A stretch of DNA of 64,000 bases, taken from NCBI RefSeq assembly GCF_036971445.1, contig NC_091478.1:32302001-32366000 (forward strand), in the 5' to 3' direction. A model generated the notes under the pieces. The model was not told the origin of the DNA, did not search any database, and saw only the letters and a program-made list of their open reading frames with translations. Positions within the stretch are counted from its first letter, which is position 1; the number at the start of each line of letters is the position of its first letter. Of the stretch, positions 52,316 through 63,840 are shown in pieces. The DNA is from Narcine bancroftii. Lineage: Eukaryota. The position numbers were made by a program, and so were the translations under genes.

Positions 52316-52444
52316 GAATATCAGATTTGCACACTGGTGTGGCCAAATGCAGTGGAAGAAATCATTTGGGATGTGTACTACAGCCTGGTTGATTTTGCTA
52401 TTCCAGGATTAATCGTTGTTGTCAGTTACACAAAAATATTAAAG
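52316..52444 (+). CDS. FFAR4: Free fatty acid receptor 4 (GPR120), second coding exon (ECL2-TM5)
   Basis: aaacag|EYQICTLVWPNAVEEIIWDVYYSLVDFAIPGLIVVVSYTKILK|gtatct, 129 nt; human EISICTLIWPTIPGEISWDVSFVTLNFLVPGLVIVISYSKILQ; syntenic between CEP55 and RBP4. Confidence 0.92.
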
Positions 52445-52899
52445 GTATCTTCATTCCATAGAACTAATGGATGTTGTACATTAAAGCACAAAATTCTGGA
52501 AATGCTCATCTGTGGAGAAGGAAATAGATTTCAAAATAATGACTTTCCATATAAACTGCTGCATTTAAAATAATGTACAGTGAAAGAAATGAACATTTTT
52601 GTTGAATTCATGTTCCATGAGGACAGTGGGTTACTGAGGCCATATTGCAAAAAGGGACTTGGGTGTTTAAATGTTGACATGCAAGTCAAACAGCACCAAG
52701 TATTAAAACTATTGTGAACTAGGAACATGAGGCTTGGTTGTTCTGAAACTCAGTGAGTTGGATTGCACTGCACACTGCATTCTGCTCAAGGATGTTGCAA
52801 GGTTCATATGGACTAGTGTGCACTGACAGTTGGATGGAATTACCCACATTCCCAAAGACCCCCCCCCCTGCTCAGAGTCTCCCTCTGTCCCTTATGCTC

Positions 52900-53262
52900 T
52901 CTTGCCCAGTCACGCACTGTCCCTCATGACCTCTGCCCATCGTCAGCCACTGACCCCTATGCTCCCTGCCCATCGTCACCCACTGTCCCTTATGCCCCCT
53001 GCCCATTGTCACCCACTGTCCCTCATGATCTCTGCCCATTGTCACCCACTGTCCCTCATGACCACCCATGTCCATGGTCACCCACTGCCCATATCCCATG
53101 GTCACTCATGCCCCCTGCCCAGAGTCACCCACTGTCCCTCATGACCACCCATGTCCATGGTCACCCACTGCCCATATCCCATGGTCACTCATGCCCCCAG
53201 CCCAGAGTCACCCATTCTCCCACAGAGCCCCCCACTGTCCCACATGACCCCTACCCATGTTA
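52900..53262. repeat. 30-bp minisatellite in the FFAR4 intron
   Basis: About 11-12 units like CACCCACTGTCCCTCATGATCTCTGCCCATTGT, with a ~90-bp higher-order duplication at the 3' end. Confidence 0.9.
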
Positions 53263-53376
53263 TCCATTGTGACAATACCACTCTCAAATCAGGATTAATA
53301 GTATTCAGAATAACGTGTTAAATGCATGAATTGACAATAAATTTTCACTTTGTGACGATACAACCTTTTTATGCAG

Positions 53377-53790
53377 ATAACTAAAGCTGCCAGTAGAAGA
53401 CTGCAAGCCAACAGACCACATTCGGTTTACCTGCAGCAGATTTCAGTTTCCAAACAGGATTATTGGCTCTTCCGGACTCTCCTGGTCCTCATCCTCTCCT
53501 TCTTTATCATGTGGACTCCCATTTCTCTCGTCATCTTTTTACTTATAGCACAAAACTTTAAAGGTGATTTGCAACTTTCCTCCACCTGGTTTTTCTGGGT
53601 CAGTGTATTTACCCTGGCCAATTCCGCTGTGAACCCTATTTTATATGGCACCTCTCAATGTAAGAGCAAATGGAAACATATGCTTAATTTCTTCTCCTTA
53701 TCCCGTTTTAAAAACCGTGGCAGCTTGGCTGCAGAGCATGTACTAAGGAGAGTAAGAACTCAAGATCATCAGACCCTCTGTTATTTGTAA
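53377..53790 (+). CDS. FFAR4: FFAR4 terminal coding exon (ICL3-TM6-TM7-C tail)
   Basis: atgcag|ITKAASRRL...VSKQDYWLFRTLLVLILSFFIMWTP...FTLANSAVNPILY...TLCYL*; WxP and NPxxY motifs intact. Confidence 0.93.
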   Translation: MTKAASRRLQANRPHSVYLQQISVSKQDYWLFRTLLVLILSFFIMWTPISLVIFLLIAQNFKGDLQLSSTWFFWVSVFTLANSAVNPILYGTSQCKSKWKHMLNFFSLSRFKNRGSLAAEHVLRRVRTQDHQTLCYL

Positions 53791-54286
53791 CTAAATTATG
53801 AACAAAGAGAATTGAGTTAATTCATGGAGTTAATTACATAACTGTAACCTGAGCAAACACATTGGGTATTCTCAGGTGGAAGAAGCTGTGATTCCAAATA
53901 TTGTATGTGTTTTGCATTTGGGTTTTAGTGAACGTTCTGCATTGGATAAGTAGATGCAAGAGGACAGAATTGATTCTCAAATTCTATAAATCCATTGTTA
54001 TACTGTCAGAAAAATAGAGCATTTATTGTAAACTTTTCCTTTTTATAGTTATCCTAATCTGAGATCCTGATTCTAATTAAAATAGGTTTACACACAAATG
54101 TTGGTCATAACTTTATTTGACAAGTAATAATAGCGCAAAAGCAATACATGACTGGAAGTCCACTTGCACTTAAAATGCGAGCTTTAGAAAAATATATTCA
54201 CGGTGACTGAACCTGGTCCAGGTGTGGCACTTCAGACCAATATTCACAACCATGATCCTTGCCGAAGTGGCACCAATCCAGTGGCT

Positions 54287-54300
54287 CTATGGGCACGAGT
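54287..54300 (-). CDS. RBP4: Retinol-binding protein 4, terminal coding exon
   Basis: tcttatgcag|AC TCG TGC CCA TAG gives (D)SCP*, supplying the conserved last Cys; minus-strand AATAAA at 54112-54117. Confidence 0.8.
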
Positions 54301-57300
54301 CTGCATAAGAAACAAAATATACCTCATTCAGATTCTGTGATCATAACTCTAACACAAATGTCAATGGATTGAGTGAAATATCCTTCTGAATCAATGATTA
54401 AAAATGTCAGAATGATAAGAAAATGTAAAGGATGAACAGAAAAAAGCAAGAACCATCTCAACAATGTAACTCGCATTCACTCCAACAGACACGAAATTTG
54501 AGAAACCATCACCTTAAAGAGTATAGAAAACAACACATGTGGACCCTTACTCTGGAAGCCTCATTCTCCCCCTCCCCAAAAAAATGTATTCACTCTTTGC
54601 TCACATTCTAATCACTGACCAGAAATCTAGAGAGGTTGGCGTATGTTGTTAGTTTATTTGCTACTGAAGCTCCCATTATTTTAAGAATAAATGCGTACAA
54701 CGTTCATACACACTCATCTGCTCTTTTTAATACATTGGAGCAGCTCTTTTCTCTGGGCACTGGAGCATCTGCGAGATAGACACAGTTCTTTGTGGAAGTC
54801 TCAAAGTTTAGCACTGGTGCGGGCTTGAGTAGCCAACACCCTACAGTATTCCTCAATGCTGCAGGCTACTCTTGCACAGCAATAATGGAGTCCAAGGGAA
54901 TAAGCTGAAGTTCAGCAGACTTCCTAGCTCTTGGAATGTCTGCTGAATCTATGCCAGATCAACTCTGGAACAAGGACTACAGTCTAATTTAAATCAATGC
55001 ATTATTGATAGGAGAGAGGTAAAGGTATCTTTTTATTTAATTTAATTGACTTGATGTAAATGGATTTAACGAATTTAAGGATGCATGTTTTTTGTTTTGG
55101 CTTTTAGAATAATGTATATTTTTAATTGTTTTTTTCCACATGCCTCCTTGGTATTCTTAAATGTGAATATCAATTGTGAATATGAATGTGAATAGGACCA
55201 TGTTGGAAACTACTGTGTGGCCTGAGGTTAGATAGCTGGCAATCTCAGGATCAATGGAAATCTGTCTTATTACCCAATATTACTGTTTGAGGGGACTCGA
55301 GAACTTTTATAGTCTATGGGCAAAGTTATGTTCAAGGGATGTTGATAATTGGGCCAAGAAAGACATTCATACTTGTTAAAACTAACCTTGTAGATGTTTC
55401 TGACTTCATAAAACAACAATAAATGAAAACAAAAACTGCAGATGCAGGAAATGTGAACTCAAACAGAAAATGTTAGAAATACTCAGCAGGATCTGTAGAG
55501 AAAGAAACAAGAGTTAATATTTCAGGTCAAAGCCCTTTCATCTCTTCATCTTACCACAGATGCTACCTGGCCTGCTAAGTGTTCCCAATGTGTTTTTGAT
55601 CTGATTTCAGATTTCTTTATTTAAAATTTGGGAAATGAGGATGAGAAGCTGTTGGAACAAGAGAGCTTCTCGACAACACCAAGATGAGTTACGGCACCAC
55701 CTGGGGGTGGAATTAAAAGGGTGAAAGGAATAAGATTCAGAAATCCTGGGAATCAGTGTTGGATTTTCGTGTTTTGCTACCTGTGTTCGAGTCATCCGGG
55801 TTACAAAAATTTTCTCTCACATAATCCACAAATGGCTGCCCAAAATTTTTAAAAAAAGGAATAACATTCAGTTTCAAGGAATTTATTTGAACACTAACTA
55901 TTTTTTCCTAACTCATTTTACCTAATGCATGGCTTGTGGTTTCACGTACTGGTAATGGAAAATCTTGATATGGGCTGTTTTACAGGAAAGTAACGCCCTC
56001 AAACATGGGAATTACCTGTACATATATTCATTGATGTTCACATTCAAGAATACCAAGGAGGCATGTGGAAAAAAAGCAATTAAAATAATATAAATTATTC
56101 CAAAAGCTAAAACAAAAAACACCTCCTTGAACAAGGAAGTTGTTCATTAAAGGAACAAGCAAATACAACACCCTTGCACAATCATCTCCAGTCAGGAACA
56201 ATATCACTGGGGAGCTATCAAGGCTAAACCAATATTTGTCATATTTCAGAATTTAAATTGTAAAAAAGCATTGCATTTGTTTCAGAAAGTATATGACGAC
56301 CATATCATTGACTGACAGCCATGGTTCCACTGGGATCCACCAATTACAAGCCTTCTGGCCTCCTGTGGGTCCCTGTCCACTATAAATGCTCAGCCAAATA
56401 TGTAGGTCTGAGAAGAGCTGGAGTTTCCATTGCTGGACTCACTGTTGAGCCCAGTGGTAGACCCCTGACACATGGAGAAAGACCTCTGGTCTTTGTATCC
56501 AACTTCATATTGGCTTCAAATCATTTGAAAGCACAAAGGAAAATGCCGATGCTTTGACAGAGGAATTCTGGAAAAAATAGTTTTCACCCTCTGCATTTAT
56601 ACCTGGGAATTGCAGGTTTAAGAATAGCTTTCAGCTGATAAACATGTTAATCCCCAAGAAACATAAAACCCTAGTTTATGAAGGAACATGTTTTTGGAAT
56701 TAACATTTCTGAAATCAGTCAAAGTAATGCAACTAACTTTAATAATGTTATTTTGGGAAAAAACAGATTTTAATGTTTCCAATTACAATATTTTGAACTC
56801 TGGAAATTTGAGTTAATGAAATGTGGGAAAGTTTTTTTGAAAATACTTTGACTTTTCATGATTAATTTCCCTTTGGTTTCCTTCAGCAGATTTTTTTTCA
56901 GGATTGACTGTTGGTTCCTCCATTGTAACTGCAGAGTACGATGGCGACCCACAACAGTAGAAAATTAAATGAGTGGAAGTGCTCAGGAGGCATCCCAAGA
57001 CCTCAATACAAGAGACAAGCCAAAATCTGGTGGACTGAGGCGTCCTTTAGCATTAAGGAGATTGTCGTACGGTAATGAAACCCTTGTCAACAGAAGCCTG
57101 AGTTAGGAAGTACTGAAGAGGGAGAAGCTTTCAAAGGTTTGCTAGATTTGAGAAGAGTAAATTGGAATAGGCCACAGCTTGGAGCCCATTGATAGATGCT
57201 GGAAAGTTAGTATGTTCCAGTGGGCTAGTAGGTCGAAGGCCAGGACAGAGAGAGTAGTTACATTTTGTGGGTAGATCATATTTGGAGCTTGGAGTCTATG

Positions 57301-57360
57301 GACCTGGGTGGACCAAATAATCAGGAGGCACGGAACCCTCAATGGTTTTCATTCATTTAC

Positions 57361-57573
57361 CTGTTTGAAGAACTCGCTTGTATTTGAATGCCAGACAGAT
57401 ATGATCCTGCCACTTCCGGACAATCTGCTGCGTTTCAGGGACCAGACCCATAGGATTGCGCGAGAACACAAATGAATAGCTGTCAGCACAAGTCCTGTTT
57501 TCATACAGTTTTCGGCATGTATATGTGATGGCGTAGTTATCATAATCCGTGTCAATAATCCAATGATCATCAT
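57361..57573 (-). CDS. RBP4: RBP4 penultimate coding exon
   Basis: tttcag|(N)DDHWIIDTDYDNYAITYTCRKLYENRTCADSYSFVFSRNPMGL...ICLAFKYKRVLQT-G|gtaaat, 213 nt; lipocalin TDY motif. Confidence 0.95.
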
Positions 57574-58929
57574 CTGAAAGAAAAACAGTATTCTTTACCC
57601 CAACAGTCACATAAGCCAAGTGAGGTCTACTCGACTTAACAATACTCCAACCTCCCTCTCCAATTTCCTTTCTTCTGTTTGTCATAAATGTAAGTGCATG
57701 AAAAACTCCATGCTAAATCCTGTCCATCCACCATCCTTCTGTGACCATCATTGGATCCTAATCCACCAACATGTAGCTTTAAAATTATGACCATTTCAAA
57801 ATCTATCTAGCCCTGGTTCCACATAAACTTCTATAATCTCATTGCATCCCAAATGCTTGTACCCGAATACCGGATCAAGGTGAATGTGTTACTGCGACTC
57901 GTGATCTTTTCTTCATTATCTTTTGTTTCAATTAAATAATTCAATATGATGCTGTTGAAACGTGAAATCTTGCAAGATCCTAGCAGATCCTCTCTGCTCA
58001 TAAAATACTCTTCTTTCTACTCTGTAAGTATTCTTTCACAGCTGTATGAATGCTAGATACAATGGCGTATCTAGGTAAAAGAGCGCCAATGGCAAGCACT
58101 GAAATTGCGCCTCCCCTCGTTTTAATAAAAACCCACAAAGTTGACAGTTGGGCAATTTTCATGCACAATTGGGCTGGCGTTAACTGCCACACAAACTATG
58201 CCACCTGACATATCCTTGCAAATTTCACACATTGTGCTGTAATTTATTAGAGGTGAATCAGTGGATTAACTCCCACCCAGGCCCCTAGGTTGAGCTTTAT
58301 TTAGTAAGGGAAAGGCTCCCCAGTTCTTGCCCCCCCACCCCCCCACTAACAGAACCCTCGATTGTGAACCACACCACACCACGTTGAGGTTTACCATTCC
58401 TAGTTGCCAAGTCATGGGACACCCCAGGCTCCAGCCCGTGTTGAAGCGACCCAAGCCTTGTGTTTATTTCCTGCCATTCCCGGCTGGAAGCTACAACCTC
58501 TGCAGAAGGACCCACGGCTTCTGTGCTCCTGAAAACTTTGGGTCGGATGACTCGGAAAGTTCCAGGTTGGCAATTCACCGGACTGCTTTGGTCTTTGGGG
58601 CCGCTTGAGCACCTCACAGCGGCAGTTCAATGGGCAAAATGGCCGTCTTCCTTATCCATAATCCCCCACACAGTTGGAACTGCTCTGCGTTTCCCTGGTG
58701 CTAGCACATTGTTTCCAGCTGGTGGGGGATTGAGTAAGGAAGATGACAATTTTGTCCATTGATCCCACACTGAGCCGCTACGAGGTGCCCGAGTGGGCCC
58801 GAACGCTGAAGTGGCCCAATGAGGTGCTGGAGTAGTGTTCTGGCAGCACTGCACCCCTGGCTGGGATGAAATACATGCACTGAACTGGTTACCTAGTATA
58901 TTCAACAATCAAGGAAAATACAATATGTG

Positions 58930-59414
58930 CCACGCCAACCCTTGATTCAGGCATACAGCTCTATGCTACTACTATGAACTAGGGACACTAATTAAACACT
59001 CTCAACCCTTTAACAGTACAGTGCACATCTTAGTACCAACAACTAATTATCAACAATTTCTCCAGTCATGATCGCTGCAACATGGTTCTAGGCCTGAAGT
59101 GAAGCAGGGTGGTTCCAAAGGCAAAGAGGGCAATTCATGCACACATGGTTTCAAGACTCCCAACAATGGCAAATAGGGCAATTTGAGCACAAGTGGCACC
59201 CTTTATAGTGCTGGAGAGCTGGGGTCCTCGCTCAGGTCGTTTACAGGAAGCCAATGGCTCAGTGCCATCAAGGTTAAGCCAATTACAAAGGCCAATGGTC
59301 CAAGGCCAAGTACAAAGGACTTGGCAAGGTGTGCACTTAATGAGTGGGGCAGGGCCAAACCTTGATTGGCAGTGCTGGGTAGTGCTGTCATGACCCTTCT
59401 CTGCTTCACAATAC
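58930..59414 (-). mobile_element. LTR-like sequence in RBP4 intron (boundaries uncertain)
   Basis: Minus-strand TGT start at 59414, several CCAAT boxes, CTATAAAAG TATA-like box near 59200-59208. Confidence 0.35.
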
Positions 59415-59979
59415 AATCCAGAGTGGTGAAATAGTAATTCACTTGTTCAAATTATATTACCCTTTTCAGTCACACACCAACACACTTTTAATTCACAGTG
59501 CTGTCAGTGTCACAAAGATGATACTCTGCGTTTCACTGGCGATGGCACTGGCAGAGTGGTTCCAGATGTGTGGGGGCTTTATGGGTAAGGAAGATGACCA
59601 TTTTTCCCATTGATCCGCATTGAGCCGCCACGAGGGGCCATAATAGCCCCAAAGTGGCCCAATGAGATGCTAGCCTGGAGCAGCTCAGTGAGTTGCTGGA
59701 GCGCCGTTCTGGGATGCCCAAGTGGGATGTGCCCTGAATCCCATACCCTAGATCTGCCTATGGCTAGAGATAAACTGTTAGACTGCTCGATGAATAACCT
59801 TTCTCACTGTATTAGGTAATAAGGTGACAACAAGACATCAAAAAAGTCTATTGATGGTTTTGAAAAATCTATCTGATTTTGTTTTTTGCCCTTAAGAGTG
59901 CAAAGCTAGACCAGCCAGTTCAGTCAGTCAAATTATGACCCACTACTCCATACACACCACTACATCACACATTTAATGC

Positions 59980-60195
59980 CAGCATGGTTAGTACAATGCT
60001 ATTACAGCACTGGTGACCTGGGTTTGAATGCGCTGCTGTCAGTTCTCCCTATGACTGCATGGATTTCCTCTGGGTGCTTCAGTTTCCTCCCATGTTTCAA
60101 AGACGTACAGGGTTAGTTGGTTAATTCTTCACATGGGTGTATTTCAGTGGTGCGTGCTCATGGCCTGATGTATATTGTACCATATTGTACCTCAA
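59980..60195 (+). mobile_element. V-SINE/HE1-like SINE
   Basis: GGATTTCCTCTGGGTGCTTCAGTTTCCTCCCA V-domain; similar to 23507-23730. Confidence 0.7.
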
Positions 60196-60939
60196 AATTA
60201 AAAAAAATTAAACCCATTCCCCTTGCAAATGGACAACACTTCATTTACCACCAATTATGAATGAATATTGTTTTTACTTCCCTGTTTTGACATTGCTCCA
60301 CCTGAATAAATTTACGTATTCCTTTTTCTGTTCTGACCAAGAGAGTAAAATAGAAAGAAGAAGTAAAAAGACAAAAAAAAACAAAGCAATTGATATTTAT
60401 CTTGGCTTATTGGATGAGAAGATTTTTTTGTATGGATATGAACATATACATTTTGTTAAGAGTGAAAGAACTGAACGAAGACATATTCCTTTCAAGGAAG
60501 TGAATGTTCAGTAACGTAGATGAAATTCACTGTAGAAATTATTTTTTCCAGAATTATATTTCATCCGTACAATATACAGTAATTAATCGTGACATGTCAC
60601 TGTGACTAATTTAAAATATACCAGCATTACTCACTCATGTTTTATCTCCAAATAGTACATCAGTGAAATGTTTGAGAGGCTGTCACTCAAGGCCCATCCC
60701 CTGGGTGTTCATTGATGGCAGGATACTTTCCCCCACACCAAGTGGCTACACCAAGCTTCAGTGCATCCTTCAGCAAGTCATCGTAGAGTTTTACAGCACA
60801 GAATTAGGCTGTCCATGCTGAACAATTTATCTACCCAGGCAAGTCCCTGTTGCTTGCATTTGGGCATTTTGGCCCTTATTGTTCAAAACCTTTTAAACCC
60901 AAGTACCTGTTTAAATATATTTCATGACAGGACAGTTAA

Positions 60940-61565
60940 GCCATTTCAACTTCATCTTCAAGTTTGCCAATAATACCAGAGTAGAAGGCCAGGTATCAAA
61001 AAACGACGTGATGGTATACAGGAAAAAGATTAAAAGTCCACTTGTATGCTGTCGAGATAACAACCTCTCCCCCACTATCAAGCAGATGAACGAGATTATC
61101 ATTAACTTTGGGAGAGGGGGCAGATTCCATACACTCATCCACATTAATGGAGCTGAATTTGATAGAGTTGATAGCTTCAAGTTATTAGGAATAAATCTCT
61201 CTATTGACCTGATGTGGGACAAGCGCTTTGACACAACAGTCAAGAAAGTGCACAGACATCTCAAATTTCTTGCAAGACTAAATTCGGCATGACCTCCCTT
61301 ATCCCTCAACAACTTCTACAGGTACACCATCAAATGCTTACTTACTGGCATCACAGCATGATATGGAAGCTGCCATTGACAAGAACAGAAGAAGGTATAG
61401 AAGATAGTGAATGCACCTCAGAACATAACACAAACTTGGAAAGGCAGCCAACATACTGAAAAATCCATCAAACCAAAAACCACTCTAATCTCTAGCCCTC
61501 ACATTGGGAAGAAGGCTTAAGAATCTGTTTCTTCTCTGCAGTCATCAGGCTCCTGAATGAACCCC
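60940..61565 (+). mobile_element. Rex1/Babar-like LINE RT/3' fragment
   Basis: IFKFANNTRVEG...WC-like RDNNL...RVDSFKLLGINLS remnants. Confidence 0.75.
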
Positions 61566-61779
61566 ATGACAGTGCTATCATGGTGCCTATGTTTGGTGCT
61601 TATTAGTTTTCCCTTTCATTGTAATCCTACACTCAATAAATTGTGCTTTTTACTTGACTATATGAATGTTAGAGATAACTAGTTGGTCTGTTTGCAGAAT
61701 AAGTCTCCTCACTATACTAGGTATTTAATTTAAAATTTCAATTGGACCTGTCACAATCATTTACTCTGGAGCTTGTGAA

Positions 61780-62200
61780 AAAGTCGTCCCTCAGGTCAAT
61801 TTTAAATCTTTCTCATATTCCCTTAAATCAATGAACTCCACCCATAACCTGGTGATTGTTTACCTTGTTCTTATGATTTTTTTTTTCCCCTCCAAGGTCA
61901 TCTGGACCTGTGCTCAAGGCAGAAAAGTGCCAGCCTATCCAGCCGCTCCTTAAAACTCAAGCCACGACATCATCCTTGTGAGTTGGATTTGCACCCTTTC
62001 CTGCTTAATGACAACCTTCCTACATCTGGGTGACCAGAATTGCACACAATATTCCAAGTGTAGTTCCAACAATGTCTTGTACAGCTAACTCTTCTTGTAC
62101 TCAGTATCCTGACCAATGAAGGCAAATGTGCCAAACACTTTCTATACTGCTCTGTCTACCCATATACCCATACCTTATACTGTGCTGTTCTGCGACACTC
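61780..62200 (-). mobile_element. Degenerate CR1 fragment
   Basis: GGGTGACCAGAATTGCACACAATATTCCAAGTG is the reverse complement of HLEYCVQFWSP. Confidence 0.7.
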
Positions 62201-63733
62201 TCCAGACAAACCAGAGTATATCTTTCACTGAGTTGATGATTTTCCAGAAGCAGTTGAAGATCATCTTGAGAATGTAATTTTTAAAATGTTGACTGGAAGC
62301 GAAGATTTCCAGTCAACATTCACTCCTTTCTTCTTACCGGCTGGAGCTGATGATGACCTCCTTATTTGGTCAGGTAGTAAAAGACTATTAACCATTGGGT
62401 AAGGGGCATTATCCTGACTAAAAAATCCCAAGAGAATTCTAAGAAACATGTGTTTATAAGGAGAAGTCTGTTCAAATGTTCTAGAGGTCTGGAAATTTAT
62501 CTGTATAGATATGCAACTTTGTGAGCCTTGAACCAGACTTTCTTGGAGTGAGACTACCTGCTTGCGGCAGTGATTCCAGTTGTAATGGGGTTCTCATACT
62601 TTGCAAAGTATTTTTGTAGCTGTATTAGTGTTTGTGTTCAAGCAACCTCAGGTCCATTTTAACATTCTCAGTATGCATCCCTGGGAACAGCCTGTGGAGA
62701 GTTCTATGGTGCCTCTGTCATAAAGCATTGGGGTATCACTCTAACTCTTCCACCCACAATCTTTTGTGTTCCTTTATACTTTTTCTTAAAGCATGTTCTT
62801 TGACGGAGCGTTAGGCCATCTACTCTAATGTGCCTCTGTGAAGTTATTGTATTGAGGGGCATACAGATGGCTGACCCAGCAATACCAGTGAGCTGCCTCA
62901 CGAGCACACGGTTCCAGGAGCAGGCAGAGAACGGCCGCCCCAACACACATTGGTCTCCCCTGGGAGCAGCAGAGAGCTGCCCCAGGAGCAGAAGAGAACT
63001 ACCTTCCAGCACACAGTGGCCTGCCCTGGAGTAGCAGAGAGCTGCCCTATAAGCAAACAGATAGCTTGCTCCACGAGCACACAGCAGGCTGCCCGGGACA
63101 CAAAAGAACTAACCAAGGCCTGATATCGAATTCTATGCATGTCAGGTTGCACCAGAATTGCAAGTGAATGGGATTTGCTGGAAGGTAGGACATAAACAGC
63201 AGACTCCAGGAGAAGTTTATGGAGAATTAAACAAAAATGCCTGTTCATTGTAAAAATGGGGGCGAGAGAAACAAATGGGTGGCTGAGAGTTGCAGCAGAT
63301 ATTAAGCAGGGGTAGAGCAGACTCGGAATGATAATATGGAATCGGGGATAGATGGAGCTTGATAAAGTATCCAAGCTCAATATGGAATTCAGTTGTGTTT
63401 CAGACCATTGCTCAGGAGAGGGAGACAGGAAATAAGTGACGGAAACTGATGATATCTCATTGCTTAATAGAAAAAAGTTCTTACTCATCTAGTGTGAATG
63501 TCAAACAGTCTCACAATTTTACGTTAAGGTAGTTGGAGGTAAAGCTGAGTGTTAAATTTCACATGGAAAATTGTGCACTCGGGTGATACCCTCAAGAGGA
63601 ATTGTACAGCAAAGAGTTGAACACAGACAAGGATAGATTCTTAGAGGACATCAGAGTTAACTGCTGATTTTTACATTGAGATGGAGCCCTGTTGTGTCTC
63701 CACACCTCTCCCCACTCCCACCCTACCACTCAC

Positions 63734-63840
63734 TGCCTTTCTGGAGGTACTCGGCCGCTCCCCAGTACTTCAGTTGGAACTTAGCGGGGTTCTCTGTGTC
63801 GTTGAAGGTCCCCATCATTTCAGCACATACGATCCAGTCC
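63734..63840 (-). CDS. RBP4: RBP4 internal coding exon; gene begins right of the window
   Basis: ttgcag|[37 protein letters not shown]|gtgagt, 107 nt; human [35 protein letters not shown]. Confidence 0.95.

Noticed and set aside
52830-53272. His/Pro-rich and MGRGHEGQWVT-repeat ORFs
   Set aside because: Translations of the intronic 30-bp minisatellite
62233-62350. C/D-box snoRNA-like TGATGA...CTGA
   Set aside because: On the strand opposite to the host RBP4 transcript, with no terminal stem or recognisable guide
62898-63488. 196-aa minus-strand ORF in an RBP4 intron
   Set aside because: No recognisable domain; its 3' part runs through an imperfect GAGCTGCC tandem repeat
57361-63840. Purpurin instead of RBP4
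   Set aside because: GTFxDTExPAKFxxKYWG and the FFAR4-adjacent synteny match RBP4
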